Assembly: GCA_046497275.1 (NCBI GenBank)
Contig: JAWOFX010000172.1
Span: 1 to 24,000, forward strand
Direction: 5' to 3'
Length of the DNA: 24,000 nt
Source: Promethearchaeia archaeon
Lineage (GTDB): Archaea > Asgardarchaeota > Lokiarchaeia > Sigyniarchaeales > SOKP01
In this document: positions 9,867 to 18,810 of the stretch, in pieces
Layout of the letters: every line of letters starts with the position of its first letter
Numbering within the stretch: the stretch's first letter is position 1
Translations under genes and position numbers: made by a program
Notes under the pieces: model-generated
Database searches by the model: none
What the model saw: the letters and a program-made list of their open reading frames with translations, nothing else
Told to the model about the DNA's origin: nothing

Positions 9867-10955
9867 TTAACTATTACTTTTAGCCAATAATTTATCTAAT
9901 TCAGCTGCAACCTTATCCGATTTTCCATCCTTAATCCAATATCGAATTTTTTTTGATTTTAAAAGAGTTTGTATTTTTTCATTAATTTCATTTAACTTTT
10001 GCTTATCTTCTTTTGATAATTGTGGAATTTTTTCTTCCATTTCCTGAACTTCTTTTTCCACTTCCTGTTCAATAAGTGGAATCTCGATATTTGCTTTTCC
10101 CTCAACTATCCGTTTTCTAATAATTTCCTTAAGATATTTTATCCATCCTTCGATCCAAGGAAAATAACCAGGTTTTTTTGGGTCTTCGATTCTAATATCG
10201 GTACGATTCACTATAATTAAATCATCAGGACAAGAATTCACACACGCACCGCAATAACAACAATCATCTTCATTGCACGCAATTTTTCCGTATTTCTTCA
10301 CTTCTTCTGCAGTTTGAGGGATAAAAAAAGATTCAACAGGACAAATATTTACACATGCTTTACAACCTGTTGGATCACATTTATAGAGCATGTGTTCTTT
10401 TAAGACAACTTCTCCTAATATGGGCGATTTTATTTTAAAGCATTGAGTAGGACATTCTTCTTGAATTTTGTAGTATGCTTTAACATTATTTCTCTCACGC
10501 GAATTCACACATATCTGACATATCTCGTTCGATTCATCATATTCACATTCTTCCTCATCGATTTCATAAAATTTACCAATATGTGGATATTGATCCATAT
10601 CTATTTTTCCTTGTGGCTTTATATTTTCATGGAAGGCATCATTTGGACATACTATAGCACAAAGCATACAATAACAGCATTTTTCATGATCAATCATTAT
10701 TTTTGGATTTGATTCATCCATGAGCCCTTGAGCAATTTCAGGTATAGGTCCAAGTTCAATAGCATCCACAGGACAAACTTCCTTACATAAACTACATCCT
10801 ATACATTTTTCTATATCATAAGTAAGCTTTTTATCAACATCTTTGTATTTCCACGATAAAATAAGCTTATTTGGTTCCATGTCAAGACTTTTTTTTATTT
10901 CTTCATCTTGATCTTGAGATTCGTCTTTAGAAGTTGCTTCAGAAATATAGATCAC
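9867..10955 (-). CDS. Polyferredoxin-like 4Fe-4S protein
   Basis: Four canonical CxxCxxCxxxCP motifs ('CIGCSLCKEVCP', 'CCYCMLCAIVCP', 'CKACVNICP' preceded by extra Cys, 'CCYCGACVNSCP') plus an atypical Cys cluster 'CEYDESNEICQICVNSRE...EECP'. Charged C-terminal coiled region. True start may be downstream of the tracked GTG. Confidence 0.85.
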   Translation of the reverse strand: MIYISEATSKDESQDQDEEIKKSLDMEPNKLILSWKYKDVDKKLTYDIEKCIGCSLCKEVCPVDAIELGPIPEIAQGLMDESNPKIMIDHEKCCYCMLCAIVCPNDAFHENIKPQGKIDMDQYPHIGKFYEIDEEECEYDESNEICQICVNSRERNNVKAYYKIQEECPTQCFKIKSPILGEVVLKEHMLYKCDPTGCKACVNICPVESFFIPQTAEEVKKYGKIACNEDDCCYCGACVNSCPDDLIIVNRTDIRIEDPKKPGYFPWIEGWIKYLKEIIRKRIVEGKANIEIPLIEQEVEKEVQEMEEKIPQLSKEDKQKLNEINEKIQTLLKSKKIRYWIKDGKSDKVAAELDKLLAKSNS

Positions 10956-11217
10956 ATCAAATTATTTTTAATACTACTGATTAGTTAAGTGAATCATTTT
11001 TACTTATTTTTATTGTTTTATTCTCAAAATGATTTAATATTTAAAATCTCTAATTTATAAATGTTTATTGTAAAAGCAAGGCAAATGTTATTTTATATTT
11101 TATTTTGGTGTATCTAAGTATTACTATTAAGCCAAAAATCAATTAAGCAAATTTTTTAATTTTATAATCAATAGAATTCTTAGAATTGTTATTGACAAAT
11201 AATTAAAATGTTAATTT

Positions 11218-11730
11218 TTATTCGAAATAAACTAAAATATCTCCACTACATCTTTCTTGAGTGTTTAATAGACATTTTTTAATTTTTGGCTCAATTTTAT
11301 GCTTCAATCCTAATTCTTTCAGCCAACAACTTACTCGATAAATCACTCCACATTCATATTCCTCTTGTACTCCTAATTTCTTCATTCCTTCAAACGCAAA
11401 ACATTTTCCCATCTCCCAATGAATACGGTTGCTACCTGGGAATGAGTAGGTGAAATCCATAAAGTCTCCCTTCAATACACTAAAGGCATCATTGACGAAT
11501 TTCTTTAATTCTTCATAATTAGATACCCTACTATCTCTGAATTTAGATAATTTCTTAACCCTATTTATTTCAAATGAGGATAATGTTTTTATAGCTCCTT
11601 TATTAAGTTTATTTGCCTTTTTAATTCCATAATGAAGGTAACAATTTAAAAACCACGCTCCATCATGAGTCATCCAATTTTTTACTAAGAGGTTTTTCAA
11701 TTCTTCTTTATTTAAGTTATCTAAAAGCAT
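11218..11730 (-). CDS. Conserved hypothetical protein (possibly DUF6125-like)
   Basis: 170 aa; 'KNWMTHDGAWFLNCYLHYG', 'CGVIYRVSCWLKELG', C-terminal 'CLLNTQERCSGDI'. The family suggestion is from memory and weak. Confidence 0.5.
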   Translation of the reverse strand: MLLDNLNKEELKNLLVKNWMTHDGAWFLNCYLHYGIKKANKLNKGAIKTLSSFEINRVKKLSKFRDSRVSNYEELKKFVNDAFSVLKGDFMDFTYSFPGSNRIHWEMGKCFAFEGMKKLGVQEEYECGVIYRVSCWLKELGLKHKIEPKIKKCLLNTQERCSGDILVYFE

Positions 11731-11930
11731 AATATCACGCCTAAAAACTAATATTGACTTAGACTAATATTAATATTAAGGTTTAAGAATTAAAGATTCT
11801 ATTCTTATTGTGCCTTTTGTCCAATTATTTAGTGTATTTTTAAATTAATATCTAAATCATCTTGAAATAAATTAAAGGATTTATAAAAAAAGCGATTATT
11901 GGAAAATTTACTTACAATGAAAAATTTAAT

Positions 11931-12656
11931 TTATTTAGAGATTTGAATAGAAATATCTATATATCTTTCTTTATGATCAGCTGAAATAGCGATATCCTCC
12001 ACATCGCAATTTATTTTCATGTTTAAGTTTTGTAAATAAATGCCTTCTGTGATTCCACATGCGATATCGAAAAAATAGAGAAATTTGCCCGAGGGCTCTA
12101 AAAACTCGGAATTTTTTAATCTAAAAGTAATCTTATTATTTTTTAATTCAACAATTTCTATATCTAAATCATCTTGAAAAAAATCAAATGAATTATAAAA
12201 ATGTTGAAATAACTTTAACTTTGGAATTATATCTAAGCTTTTTTTAGCTCTTTTAAATTCTTCTATATATTTATCTCCTATTGGAAATTGAAATTCTTCC
12301 GTTATTATTCTTCCAATTTCTTTAAATATCTCATTTTTGTTTGGAATTCGTTGTTTGAGACCAGCAAGTAAAGCCTTAATAAAAGAGACAAACATCTCTT
12401 TTCTAATATATTTCCTTTGTTTTCTGTAATATACACTGGCAGCAGCGATTTCTCTTTTATCAACTAATAATTCTTCCTCAAAAATACTCATATATTTCGA
12501 TATTGTATTTCTGTGGAATCCTGTTTTCTCTGAAAGCTCTGTTATAGTCAATCCAAAGGGATGATCTTCCAAAGTTTCCAATATTTCTTTTCTATAATTC
12601 AAATTTTTAGTTTTAGTCATAATATTTCCATATCCTTTTAACAGGGAAATTCCCAA
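11931..12656 (-). CDS. HTH transcriptional regulator (ArsR/winged-HTH-like N-terminus)
   Basis: 'ILETLEDHPFGLTITELSEKTGFHRNTISKYMSIFEEELLVDKREI' is a clear N-terminal winged HTH; unknown C-terminal sensor region. Confidence 0.75.
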   Translation of the reverse strand: MGISLLKGYGNIMTKTKNLNYRKEILETLEDHPFGLTITELSEKTGFHRNTISKYMSIFEEELLVDKREIAAASVYYRKQRKYIRKEMFVSFIKALLAGLKQRIPNKNEIFKEIGRIITEEFQFPIGDKYIEEFKRAKKSLDIIPKLKLFQHFYNSFDFFQDDLDIEIVELKNNKITFRLKNSEFLEPSGKFLYFFDIACGITEGIYLQNLNMKINCDVEDIAISADHKERYIDISIQISK

Positions 12657-12742
12657 ATCATATTAAAATATTATTCAAATGTGATAATCTAATTAATTTA
12701 TATAATAATTCAATCAAATTAAAAGTAAAATTTATCGATTAA

Positions 12743-12758
12743 TGTGCATATGTGCACA
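12743..12758. promoter_or_regulatory. Perfect inverted repeat TGTGCA-tatg-TGCACA in a divergent intergenic region; candidate operator
   Basis: Arms 12743-12748 and 12753-12758 are exact reverse complements. The site lies in the 222-nt gap between the HTH regulator and the radical SAM gene, in otherwise AT-rich DNA. Confidence 0.45.
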
Positions 12759-12878
12759 ATACTTAAATATTCACTCTTCGATATAATTATGTAATATAAT
12801 TCAATTTGTGAATAAAATTTCAAGACTTTTTGATCTATTAGAAAAATTCTTTACTAATTAAATAAGAAAAGTGATAAT

Positions 12879-14726
12879 ATGATAGAAGATCGTATGTTAT
12901 TAACTACCCCAACGTATCCCTACCCAACTCTTCCAGCAAATGATTCCCTTACCGACGCTACGGGACAGAGATTCACGAAGGGGGATGATATTTTTACATT
13001 AATTTCCCATACGCATTGCTACGCAAATCACATTTTAGCGCAAAATATTGATATCCCAGCAACTTTATTAGAATATCCCAGATGGGAAGATTTTACTGAA
13101 GAAGTTGATAAAAATTATGCTACAATAGGAATCAGCGCATTTCCTGTCCATCTTCAAACAGTCATAAAAATGTGTAAATATATTAGAGAAAATTCTCCAG
13201 ATACGACTATCCTTTTAGGTTCATACGCAGCACAAGCGTTTAAGGGAAGATATGACGAAGAGACTCAGAAAAAATATGTTGATCATGTGGTAAAAGGTGA
13301 AGGAGTTAAATTTCTAAGAGAATATCTCGGGGAGGAAACTGGGCGTCCCATTGACCAAAGATTAATGCCTAAATGTGGAGGAGTTCCATGGTTTATAGAC
13401 AGATTTCCCATAGGGAATGTAGGCTTTCTTGTATCTGGGCTAGGGTGCCCAGGTGGATGTGATTTTTGCTCGACCACAGAAATGTATGGATTTAAACGGC
13501 TCCAATTACTCTCTCCAGAGGAATTCATAAAACATATTGAATTATACCAAAAACATTTTCCCAATGTAAGACAAATATTTACAATTGAAGAGGATCATTT
13601 TAGACATCCTGAATATTTGATAAAAACGAAAGATTATTGGGGGAAGAATCCGGAAGTAGTAGAATCAATGGATTGGTTAGCTTTTGGTTCAGTTGATAAT
13701 ATTTGGAAGTTTGCTGATAAATATGGCTGGGATGCAGTAGCAGAGATAGGTATTGGTGCTATATTTATCGGAGTGGAATCTAAATTTGGTGGCGAGCATG
13801 GTTATGATAAAATAAGCGAGATTGACGCGAGAGAATTATTTCATAAACTTCATTCAATGGGAATTAGAACATTAGGAGCATGGATCTGTGGATGGGATTG
13901 GCATGATCATTCAAATATGTATGAAGATCTAAATTATTTTGTGGCATGTTATCCAACTTTCGTCCAGTTAACCAGATTGAGTCCATTTCCGGGGACTGTT
14001 CTCTATGATAAATTAAAGGAAGAGGGAAGAGTGAAGAATGTCCCTTGGGAAGATGTTCATTTTTGGAGTGGAGCCCAAGAAAATATTTCTTTAGAAACAC
14101 ATGAAACTCTGAATTTAACAGAATATGGCTATGACTTGCTCTATAGAACATGGGGACCTTCAGTACTTAGAAAGCTAGATGTCACCCTTAATGGATATGA
14201 GTATTGTTTACAATCTGATAATCCAATAATGCAAGAACATAAGTCTAAATTTTTCAAACAACAAGCAGCTGTGTTATGGAATTTAATTCCCGCAATGGAT
14301 AGATTCGCTCCAAATGGAGTAGTTAGGCGAAGAGTAAGAAAAATGGACGAAAAATATAGAGATCTTATAGGAGAACCTACCGCAGTTATGGAATTTTTAG
14401 GTAAGGTTGTTGATAAACTCGCAAAAGATTTTAAAAAGAAAGATTTTCTCGATCCTTTTAACAGACATCCAAAAGAAGAACCCTTTAAGCGTTATAAATA
14501 TGAGAAAGATGATAAGTTGCGAGATGGGGCAATTCCTTATACAACTGAATTTCCAGGTCACACCCCTTTAAAAACTACACTCTCTATGGGATGGAATAGT
14601 TTCAAATTTCGTATGTTAGGAAATTATTGTAAATTTTTGAAAGGATTAAAGAAGAAAAAGAGTGACACTGAAATTGATGGTTATCTTATCGAAAGTGTGA
14701 AAAAAAGAAATTTTATTGCTTTTTAG
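12879..14726 (+). CDS. B12-binding-type radical SAM protein
   Basis: N-terminal cobalamin-binding-like region ('ATIGISAFPVHLQTVIKMCKYIRENSPDTTILLGSYAA') followed by CxxxCxxC in 'SGLGCPGGCDFCSTTEMYG', then a radical SAM barrel-like sequence. Confidence 0.88.
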   Translation: MIEDRMLLTTPTYPYPTLPANDSLTDATGQRFTKGDDIFTLISHTHCYANHILAQNIDIPATLLEYPRWEDFTEEVDKNYATIGISAFPVHLQTVIKMCKYIRENSPDTTILLGSYAAQAFKGRYDEETQKKYVDHVVKGEGVKFLREYLGEETGRPIDQRLMPKCGGVPWFIDRFPIGNVGFLVSGLGCPGGCDFCSTTEMYGFKRLQLLSPEEFIKHIELYQKHFPNVRQIFTIEEDHFRHPEYLIKTKDYWGKNPEVVESMDWLAFGSVDNIWKFADKYGWDAVAEIGIGAIFIGVESKFGGEHGYDKISEIDARELFHKLHSMGIRTLGAWICGWDWHDHSNMYEDLNYFVACYPTFVQLTRLSPFPGTVLYDKLKEEGRVKNVPWEDVHFWSGAQENISLETHETLNLTEYGYDLLYRTWGPSVLRKLDVTLNGYEYCLQSDNPIMQEHKSKFFKQQAAVLWNLIPAMDRFAPNGVVRRRVRKMDEKYRDLIGEPTAVMEFLGKVVDKLAKDFKKKDFLDPFNRHPKEEPFKRYKYEKDDKLRDGAIPYTTEFPGHTPLKTTLSMGWNSFKFRMLGNYCKFLKGLKKKKSDTEIDGYLIESVKKRNFIAF

Positions 14727-14768
14727 CATCCTTTTTTTAATATTTTTATTTTAAGAAATTGATGAGAT

Positions 14769-15116
14769 ATGATAAATGATATTTCTAAATACTCAAATAC
14801 ACCTATTAAACATATGCCCGAGGATTATTGTCCTACTCATGAAATGTATTTCTTTGAAAATCAGAAAGGATTAAATAAGGGAAAAAGAATGTTTTATAGC
14901 GATTCAATCAAAAGTTGGGGACATGAGGGATTAAATATTGAAGTTAGGGCGATATTGGGAAGATGGGACCCATTGGCTCAAAATGAAGTGATTAAACAAT
15001 GGATTAAAAAATTACCCCATTTGAAAAATAATATAAAAATTTAGAAGAATGTGGGACATTTCGTCGAAGAAGTAAAATACACTGATATTGCAAACTTAAT
15101 ATTAAAATTAGCCTAA
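14769..15116 (+). pseudogene. Internally deleted alpha/beta-hydrolase (haloalkane-dehalogenase-like) pseudogene
   Basis: N-terminal ~45 aa ('DISKYSNTPIKHMPEDYCPTHEMYFFENQKGLNKGKRMFYSDS') is joined directly to the C-terminal part ('IKSWG...VRAILGRWDPLAQNEVIKQWIKKLPHLKNNIKI'). Then an in-frame TAG (15042-15044), after which the same frame continues 'KNVGHFVEEVKYTDIANLILKLA*' to the TAA at 15114-15116. Intact paralog at 22948-24000. Confidence 0.88.
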
Positions 15117-15153
15117 TTATTAATTAAATAATTTTTTATTTGAGTTAAAAATA

Positions 15154-15882
15154 TCATTGATTTTTATTTTGAAATATGAGGAGATCTCTTGATCCAATTA
15201 AAATGAATTTTTTATTTAGACATATTCTCCTCCATTTATCAGTATGAAAAGATGTATTTTCATAGGGAACGGAAATCCTATATTTTAATTTCAAAAAATT
15301 TGACAAAATTTTTTCACATTCAAATCCTAAATCTATTAACTCTCTATTTTGTTCCCTTTTGTTAGAAATTATTAATGCTAAAAAACCATCTCTAGTTAAG
15401 CTGGTAAGAAATTTCTTCGCAGTCAATTCTATAGCATTTAAGAATTCTCTTAAATTTAGATTAGATAGATCTGTTCTTTCATTAGTATATTTACTTTTAT
15501 TCATATTAAAATAAGGAGGATCTAAGACAATTAATTTAAATATATTTGATTTAAAAGGGTTTTTATCTTCAATTACATTAAATTTCTTTATCTTTTTATT
15601 AACTGGATTAATATCTAATCCAATAACTCTTCTTCTCATTAGGTTTCCTGCATCCACCCCAGTACCACTACCACAAAAAACATCAAGAATATAATCATTT
15701 AAATCAGTAAAAAAATAGTATAGATTGATATAGATTTGACCTGGTATCCTTCCAGGATAAGGAAACCCAAATCTGTTGTCACATTTCTTAAAATGCCAAT
15801 TCGTTGTCGTTCTAATTATTTTTGGGTTTATTAATCTTAAATCATGAGGTAGATCCGTATTTTCTTGAACTAATTTTCTCAT
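15154..15882 (-). CDS. DNA methyltransferase (amino-MTase, N6-adenine/N4-cytosine type)
   Basis: SAM motif I 'YILDVFCGSGTGVDAG', motif IV 'LIVLDPPYFN', motif X-like 'FGFPYPGRIPGQIYINL' preceding motif I. Confidence 0.82.
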   Translation of the reverse strand: MRKLVQENTDLPHDLRLINPKIIRTTTNWHFKKCDNRFGFPYPGRIPGQIYINLYYFFTDLNDYILDVFCGSGTGVDAGNLMRRRVIGLDINPVNKKIKKFNVIEDKNPFKSNIFKLIVLDPPYFNMNKSKYTNERTDLSNLNLREFLNAIELTAKKFLTSLTRDGFLALIISNKREQNRELIDLGFECEKILSNFLKLKYRISVPYENTSFHTDKWRRICLNKKFILIGSRDLLIFQNKNQ

Positions 15883-16025
15883 TAATCATGTTTTTTTTAT
15901 ATATAAGTATAAAAAACCGTAAAAATTATTTTTAATAGTTATTTTATTAGATCTCTATAAGCGTTTAAAACGGTAAAAATCTAATTCATAAATAATATAT
16001 TTTGAACTAATTTAAATCAGAAAAA

Positions 16026-16520
16026 ATGAAAGAAAAAGATTATTATCCGATAATTAAGGTTTGGTTAAGAAATTTATTAGAAAGCTATTTTCCTAATAAG
16101 AATATCCATGTTTTTGACAGCTCGAATATTTATTTAGATAAACTTATTCAGGAAAATAATTGGACGAACTATCGTTCTGATTATGCAACTTATCAAATTA
16201 AAATTGATATTTTGGGAGTAATAATTGATGATGGAAAAATGGATTTTGTTTTCATTGAAGTGAAGAATACTAAAATTAGCTTAAAGGATGTTTCTCAATT
16301 ATTAGGTTATAGTAGAGTTGCGAATCCAATCTATTCAATAATAACCTCACCAAAATGGATTAGTAAACCAATAAGAATTTTATTTGATACTTATAGAAGA
16401 TTTGATATATTAAAATATGATCATAATAGAACCATAAAAGTATGTAAATGGGATAAAAACAAGAATGATATTGATTATAATTTAATATATCCAGGTAAAC
16501 CATTGTTTAATTCTTCTTAA
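16026..16520 (+). CDS. PD-(D/E)XK-superfamily nuclease-like protein; candidate restriction endonuclease
   Basis: 'YQIKIDILGVIIDDGKMDFVFIEVKNTKISLKDVSQLLGYSRVA' gives D...(x~17)...E-V-K followed by a helix with Q, as in PD-(D/E)XK nucleases. Confidence 0.65.
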   Translation: MKEKDYYPIIKVWLRNLLESYFPNKNIHVFDSSNIYLDKLIQENNWTNYRSDYATYQIKIDILGVIIDDGKMDFVFIEVKNTKISLKDVSQLLGYSRVANPIYSIITSPKWISKPIRILFDTYRRFDILKYDHNRTIKVCKWDKNKNDIDYNLIYPGKPLFNSS

Positions 16521-16525
16521 AATTT

Positions 16526-17455
16526 CTATTCTTCTTCATTCATGTAATTATTCATAAATTTCTGTTGATTAAATTCCTTACAACCTAAATCTCTACAAAT
16601 TTGCCAAAATGTATCATAATGGTTTCCTCTAATTTCGTCTGGTAAATCTTTATCATTTTCATCTGGATGGGGGGGATTTTTTCTTATTTTCCTTTCCATT
16701 TTTTTTATAGGATCACAGATACTACTTGAAATACCTTTCTCCTTATTTTCTTTAGCAAATTCTTGCGATTTATTATTCTTATGAGTAATATAAAATCCAA
16801 TGCTTTCAAAATCATGATTATATACCTTTATTTGATGTTCTCTTTTCGTCCACTTTTGATCTGGAGAATTTCTTAGATTAGGATGGCCCCAAGTCATAGT
16901 TTGAACGGGGATATTTAAATGATTCTGTAATAAATCACAAATTTGTATCGGTAAGTGCCAATTTTGATTTAAAACATCGATATAAATTCTATGACCTCCA
17001 TTTATATAAGCATTACTTTTCCTTACCTTTCCATTAACATCCACAAATCCTCTCATAAATTCTTTCTTAAAACTAATTGGAGATATAAATATTTCCTCAG
17101 GGACAGAAAATTCAGTGTAATCTTTTTTATTATTCAATAGCATCTGAATATCTCTGATAAAAAGAGTTTTCCTAGGAATTTCAAAAACTATTGAAACATA
17201 ATCATCACCTGGTTTTTTAAATGGGGTATTTGTTGTTAATTCGCTTAAACGATTAATTATAACATCAACACTCACTAACAAGGCATTTATATCACCCTCT
17301 CTGTCCCATGGAGATTCACCAATACGTAAGTTAGAATATGGAATCTCTATCGAAATAGTATAATGACCTCTATGCTCTAATATCGTTCCTCTGGCGACTA
17401 ACATTCCTAATAAATATGAGACATCTTCATCTAAATAATCAATAATTTTAATCAT
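16526..17455 (-). CDS. LAGLIDADG-fold protein with degenerate catalytic motifs, overlapping a DNA methyltransferase gene (track start 17488; ATG at 17455 preferred)
   Basis: Two LAGLIDADG-like motifs, 'YLLGMLVARGTI' and 'FMRGFVDVNGKV', spaced about 130 aa apart. ATG at 17455 gives an 8-nt overlap with the upstream methyltransferase stop (17448-17450). Confidence 0.65.
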   Translation of the reverse strand: MIKIIDYLDEDVSYLLGMLVARGTILEHRGHYTISIEIPYSNLRIGESPWDREGDINALLVSVDVIINRLSELTTNTPFKKPGDDYVSIVFEIPRKTLFIRDIQMLLNNKKDYTEFSVPEEIFISPISFKKEFMRGFVDVNGKVRKSNAYINGGHRIYIDVLNQNWHLPIQICDLLQNHLNIPVQTMTWGHPNLRNSPDQKWTKREHQIKVYNHDFESIGFYITHKNNKSQEFAKENKEKGISSSICDPIKKMERKIRKNPPHPDENDKDLPDEIRGNHYDTFWQICRDLGCKEFNQQKFMNNYMNEEE

Positions 17456-18302
17456 CAACCCTTTTTTGGAATAATAAAATATATTCATGTATCCTGTTAA
17501 CTCTGAAGACTGTTGGATATCCCAAAGGTCTCAAGTTATTATATTCCATTTGTCTATTCCATATTATAATATCATCAAGATAAAATCCAATTTCTCTCAT
17601 AAAATCTACAGTATCAATATGAAATGAATAGAATTTATCTTTTTTACGTATATCCATTAGGATTATTATGCAAAATTTATCCTTTTTGAGAAGAGAATAT
17701 ATTTGTTTAAAGATTTTTTTTAATTTTAACAAAAATTCATTATAATCTTCTATATTACCTAAATCTTGTTCATTATCGGAATAGGGTCGAATTTCTTTAT
17801 TATCAGCAGAACGTTTCATTCTTAGAATATCCCAATATGGAGGAGAAGTTAAGCATAAATCAATAGAATTTTCTTCTACAAATTCAGATATTTTATTTGC
17901 GTTTTTGTTATATATCTTAATATTTTTTTTCACTTCATTCGTCCCGAAGTTACTTGTAACCTTTTTTTGTTTAATTCTTTCCTTGAAAAGATCGATGTAA
18001 TTTTTATTAATTTCAAAACCTATTGCTTTTCTTTTATTATTTTTAGCTGATATTAGGGTACTTCCAGAACCAAAAAAAGGATCTAAAATAACATCTCCAG
18101 GTTTAGTAAAAATGTTTATAATTCGATCACATAATTTTAATGGAAACATTGCAGGGTGTCCTAGCTTTCTTTCCTCGGGTGTTTTAACTATATCCCAAAC
18201 ACTAATTGAATATTTTAACCATTTTTTACCATTTAAATTATTCAATCTTTTCTCATTTGATTCTATTTCATCTTCAGGAATTTCATTTTTTAGTTCAGTC
18301 AT
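17448..18302 (-). CDS. DNA methyltransferase, likely N4-cytosine type (PF01555-like)
   Basis: Motif X-like 'GHPAMFPLKLCDRIINIFTKPGD', motif I 'VILDPFFGSGSTLISA', motif IV 'LTSPPYWDIL'; the TSPPYW form is typical of m4C enzymes. Confidence 0.88.
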   Translation of the reverse strand: MTELKNEIPEDEIESNEKRLNNLNGKKWLKYSISVWDIVKTPEERKLGHPAMFPLKLCDRIINIFTKPGDVILDPFFGSGSTLISAKNNKRKAIGFEINKNYIDLFKERIKQKKVTSNFGTNEVKKNIKIYNKNANKISEFVEENSIDLCLTSPPYWDILRMKRSADNKEIRPYSDNEQDLGNIEDYNEFLLKLKKIFKQIYSLLKKDKFCIIILMDIRKKDKFYSFHIDTVDFMREIGFYLDDIIIWNRQMEYNNLRPLGYPTVFRVNRIHEYILLFQKRVDD

Positions 18303-18499
18303 CGTATAAAACTATTTGATTCCTTTAAATTTTAATATGATTATTAAATTATTAATTAATTCTATTAAGGATTATTTCATCGGTATTTAAATAAAAAAAG
18401 ACTCTGAAATATAAGTTAATTTCATTTTAATTTTAAATTTTTATTTATAAAGGTTTATTTTTAATATGAGTAAACGAGTTGATAATAGTAATTGTGAAA

Positions 18500-18625
18500 A
18501 TGCAAAATTTCTTAATCGAAATAGAGGATCTTTCCAATATAGATATAAATAAGCGAATAAAGAAGATTGTGAAATCAATTGAGAAGGAGGATTTTAAGAT
18601 AATCAATTTTTTAGAATTAATTTAA
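18500..18625 (+). CDS. Possible small ORF (41 aa), unknown
   Basis: 'MQNFLIEIEDLSNIDINKRIKKIVKSIEKEDFKIINFLELI*'; looks protein-like but is very short. Convergent with the AbrB-like ORF. Confidence 0.25.
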   Translation: MQNFLIEIEDLSNIDINKRIKKIVKSIEKEDFKIINFLELI

Positions 18626-18630
18626 ATAAA

Positions 18631-18810
18631 TTAGGAATTCTCTTCTTTTTTTACTTTTGCTAAATAAATTCTATAGGTTTGATCAGGATCAATTAATCCA
18701 TTTTCTATATAAACAGTAGGAATTGAGAAAATATACCGATCTCCCATCTTAGCGGGTTTTCTTTTAAAAGTTATACCCTTTTCCAAAAAATCTATTCCAT
18801 CATCAATCAT
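18631..18810 (-). CDS. Small AbrB/SpoVT-like beta-hairpin protein, absent from the supplied ORF track (may start at ATT 18822)
   Basis: Translation 'MIDDGIDFLEKGITFKRKPAKMGDRYIFSIPTVYIENGLIDPDQTYRIYLAKVKKEENS*', resembling swapped-hairpin antitoxin/transition-regulator domains. The only strong SD (aaaggag) is too far from the ATG but about 4 nt from an in-frame ATT. Confidence 0.55.
   Translation of the reverse strand: MIDDGIDFLEKGITFKRKPAKMGDRYIFSIPTVYIENGLIDPDQTYRIYLAKVKKEENS

Noticed and set aside
10020-10712. Two + strand ORFs (10020..10220 and 10443..10712)
   Set aside because: Antisense to the Cys-motif-rich polyferredoxin; composition reflects its complement.
13283-14151. Two - strand ORFs (13283..13564 and 13864..14151)
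   Set aside because: Antisense to the radical SAM gene with clear CxxxCxxC; shadow ORFs.
14769-15044. Genuine 91-aa small protein
   Set aside because: Alignment to the intact hydrolase shows it is the two ends of that gene joined by a deletion, and homology continues past the TAG.
18112-18309. 65-aa + strand ORF
   Set aside because: Antisense to the N-terminus of the m4C-type methyltransferase.
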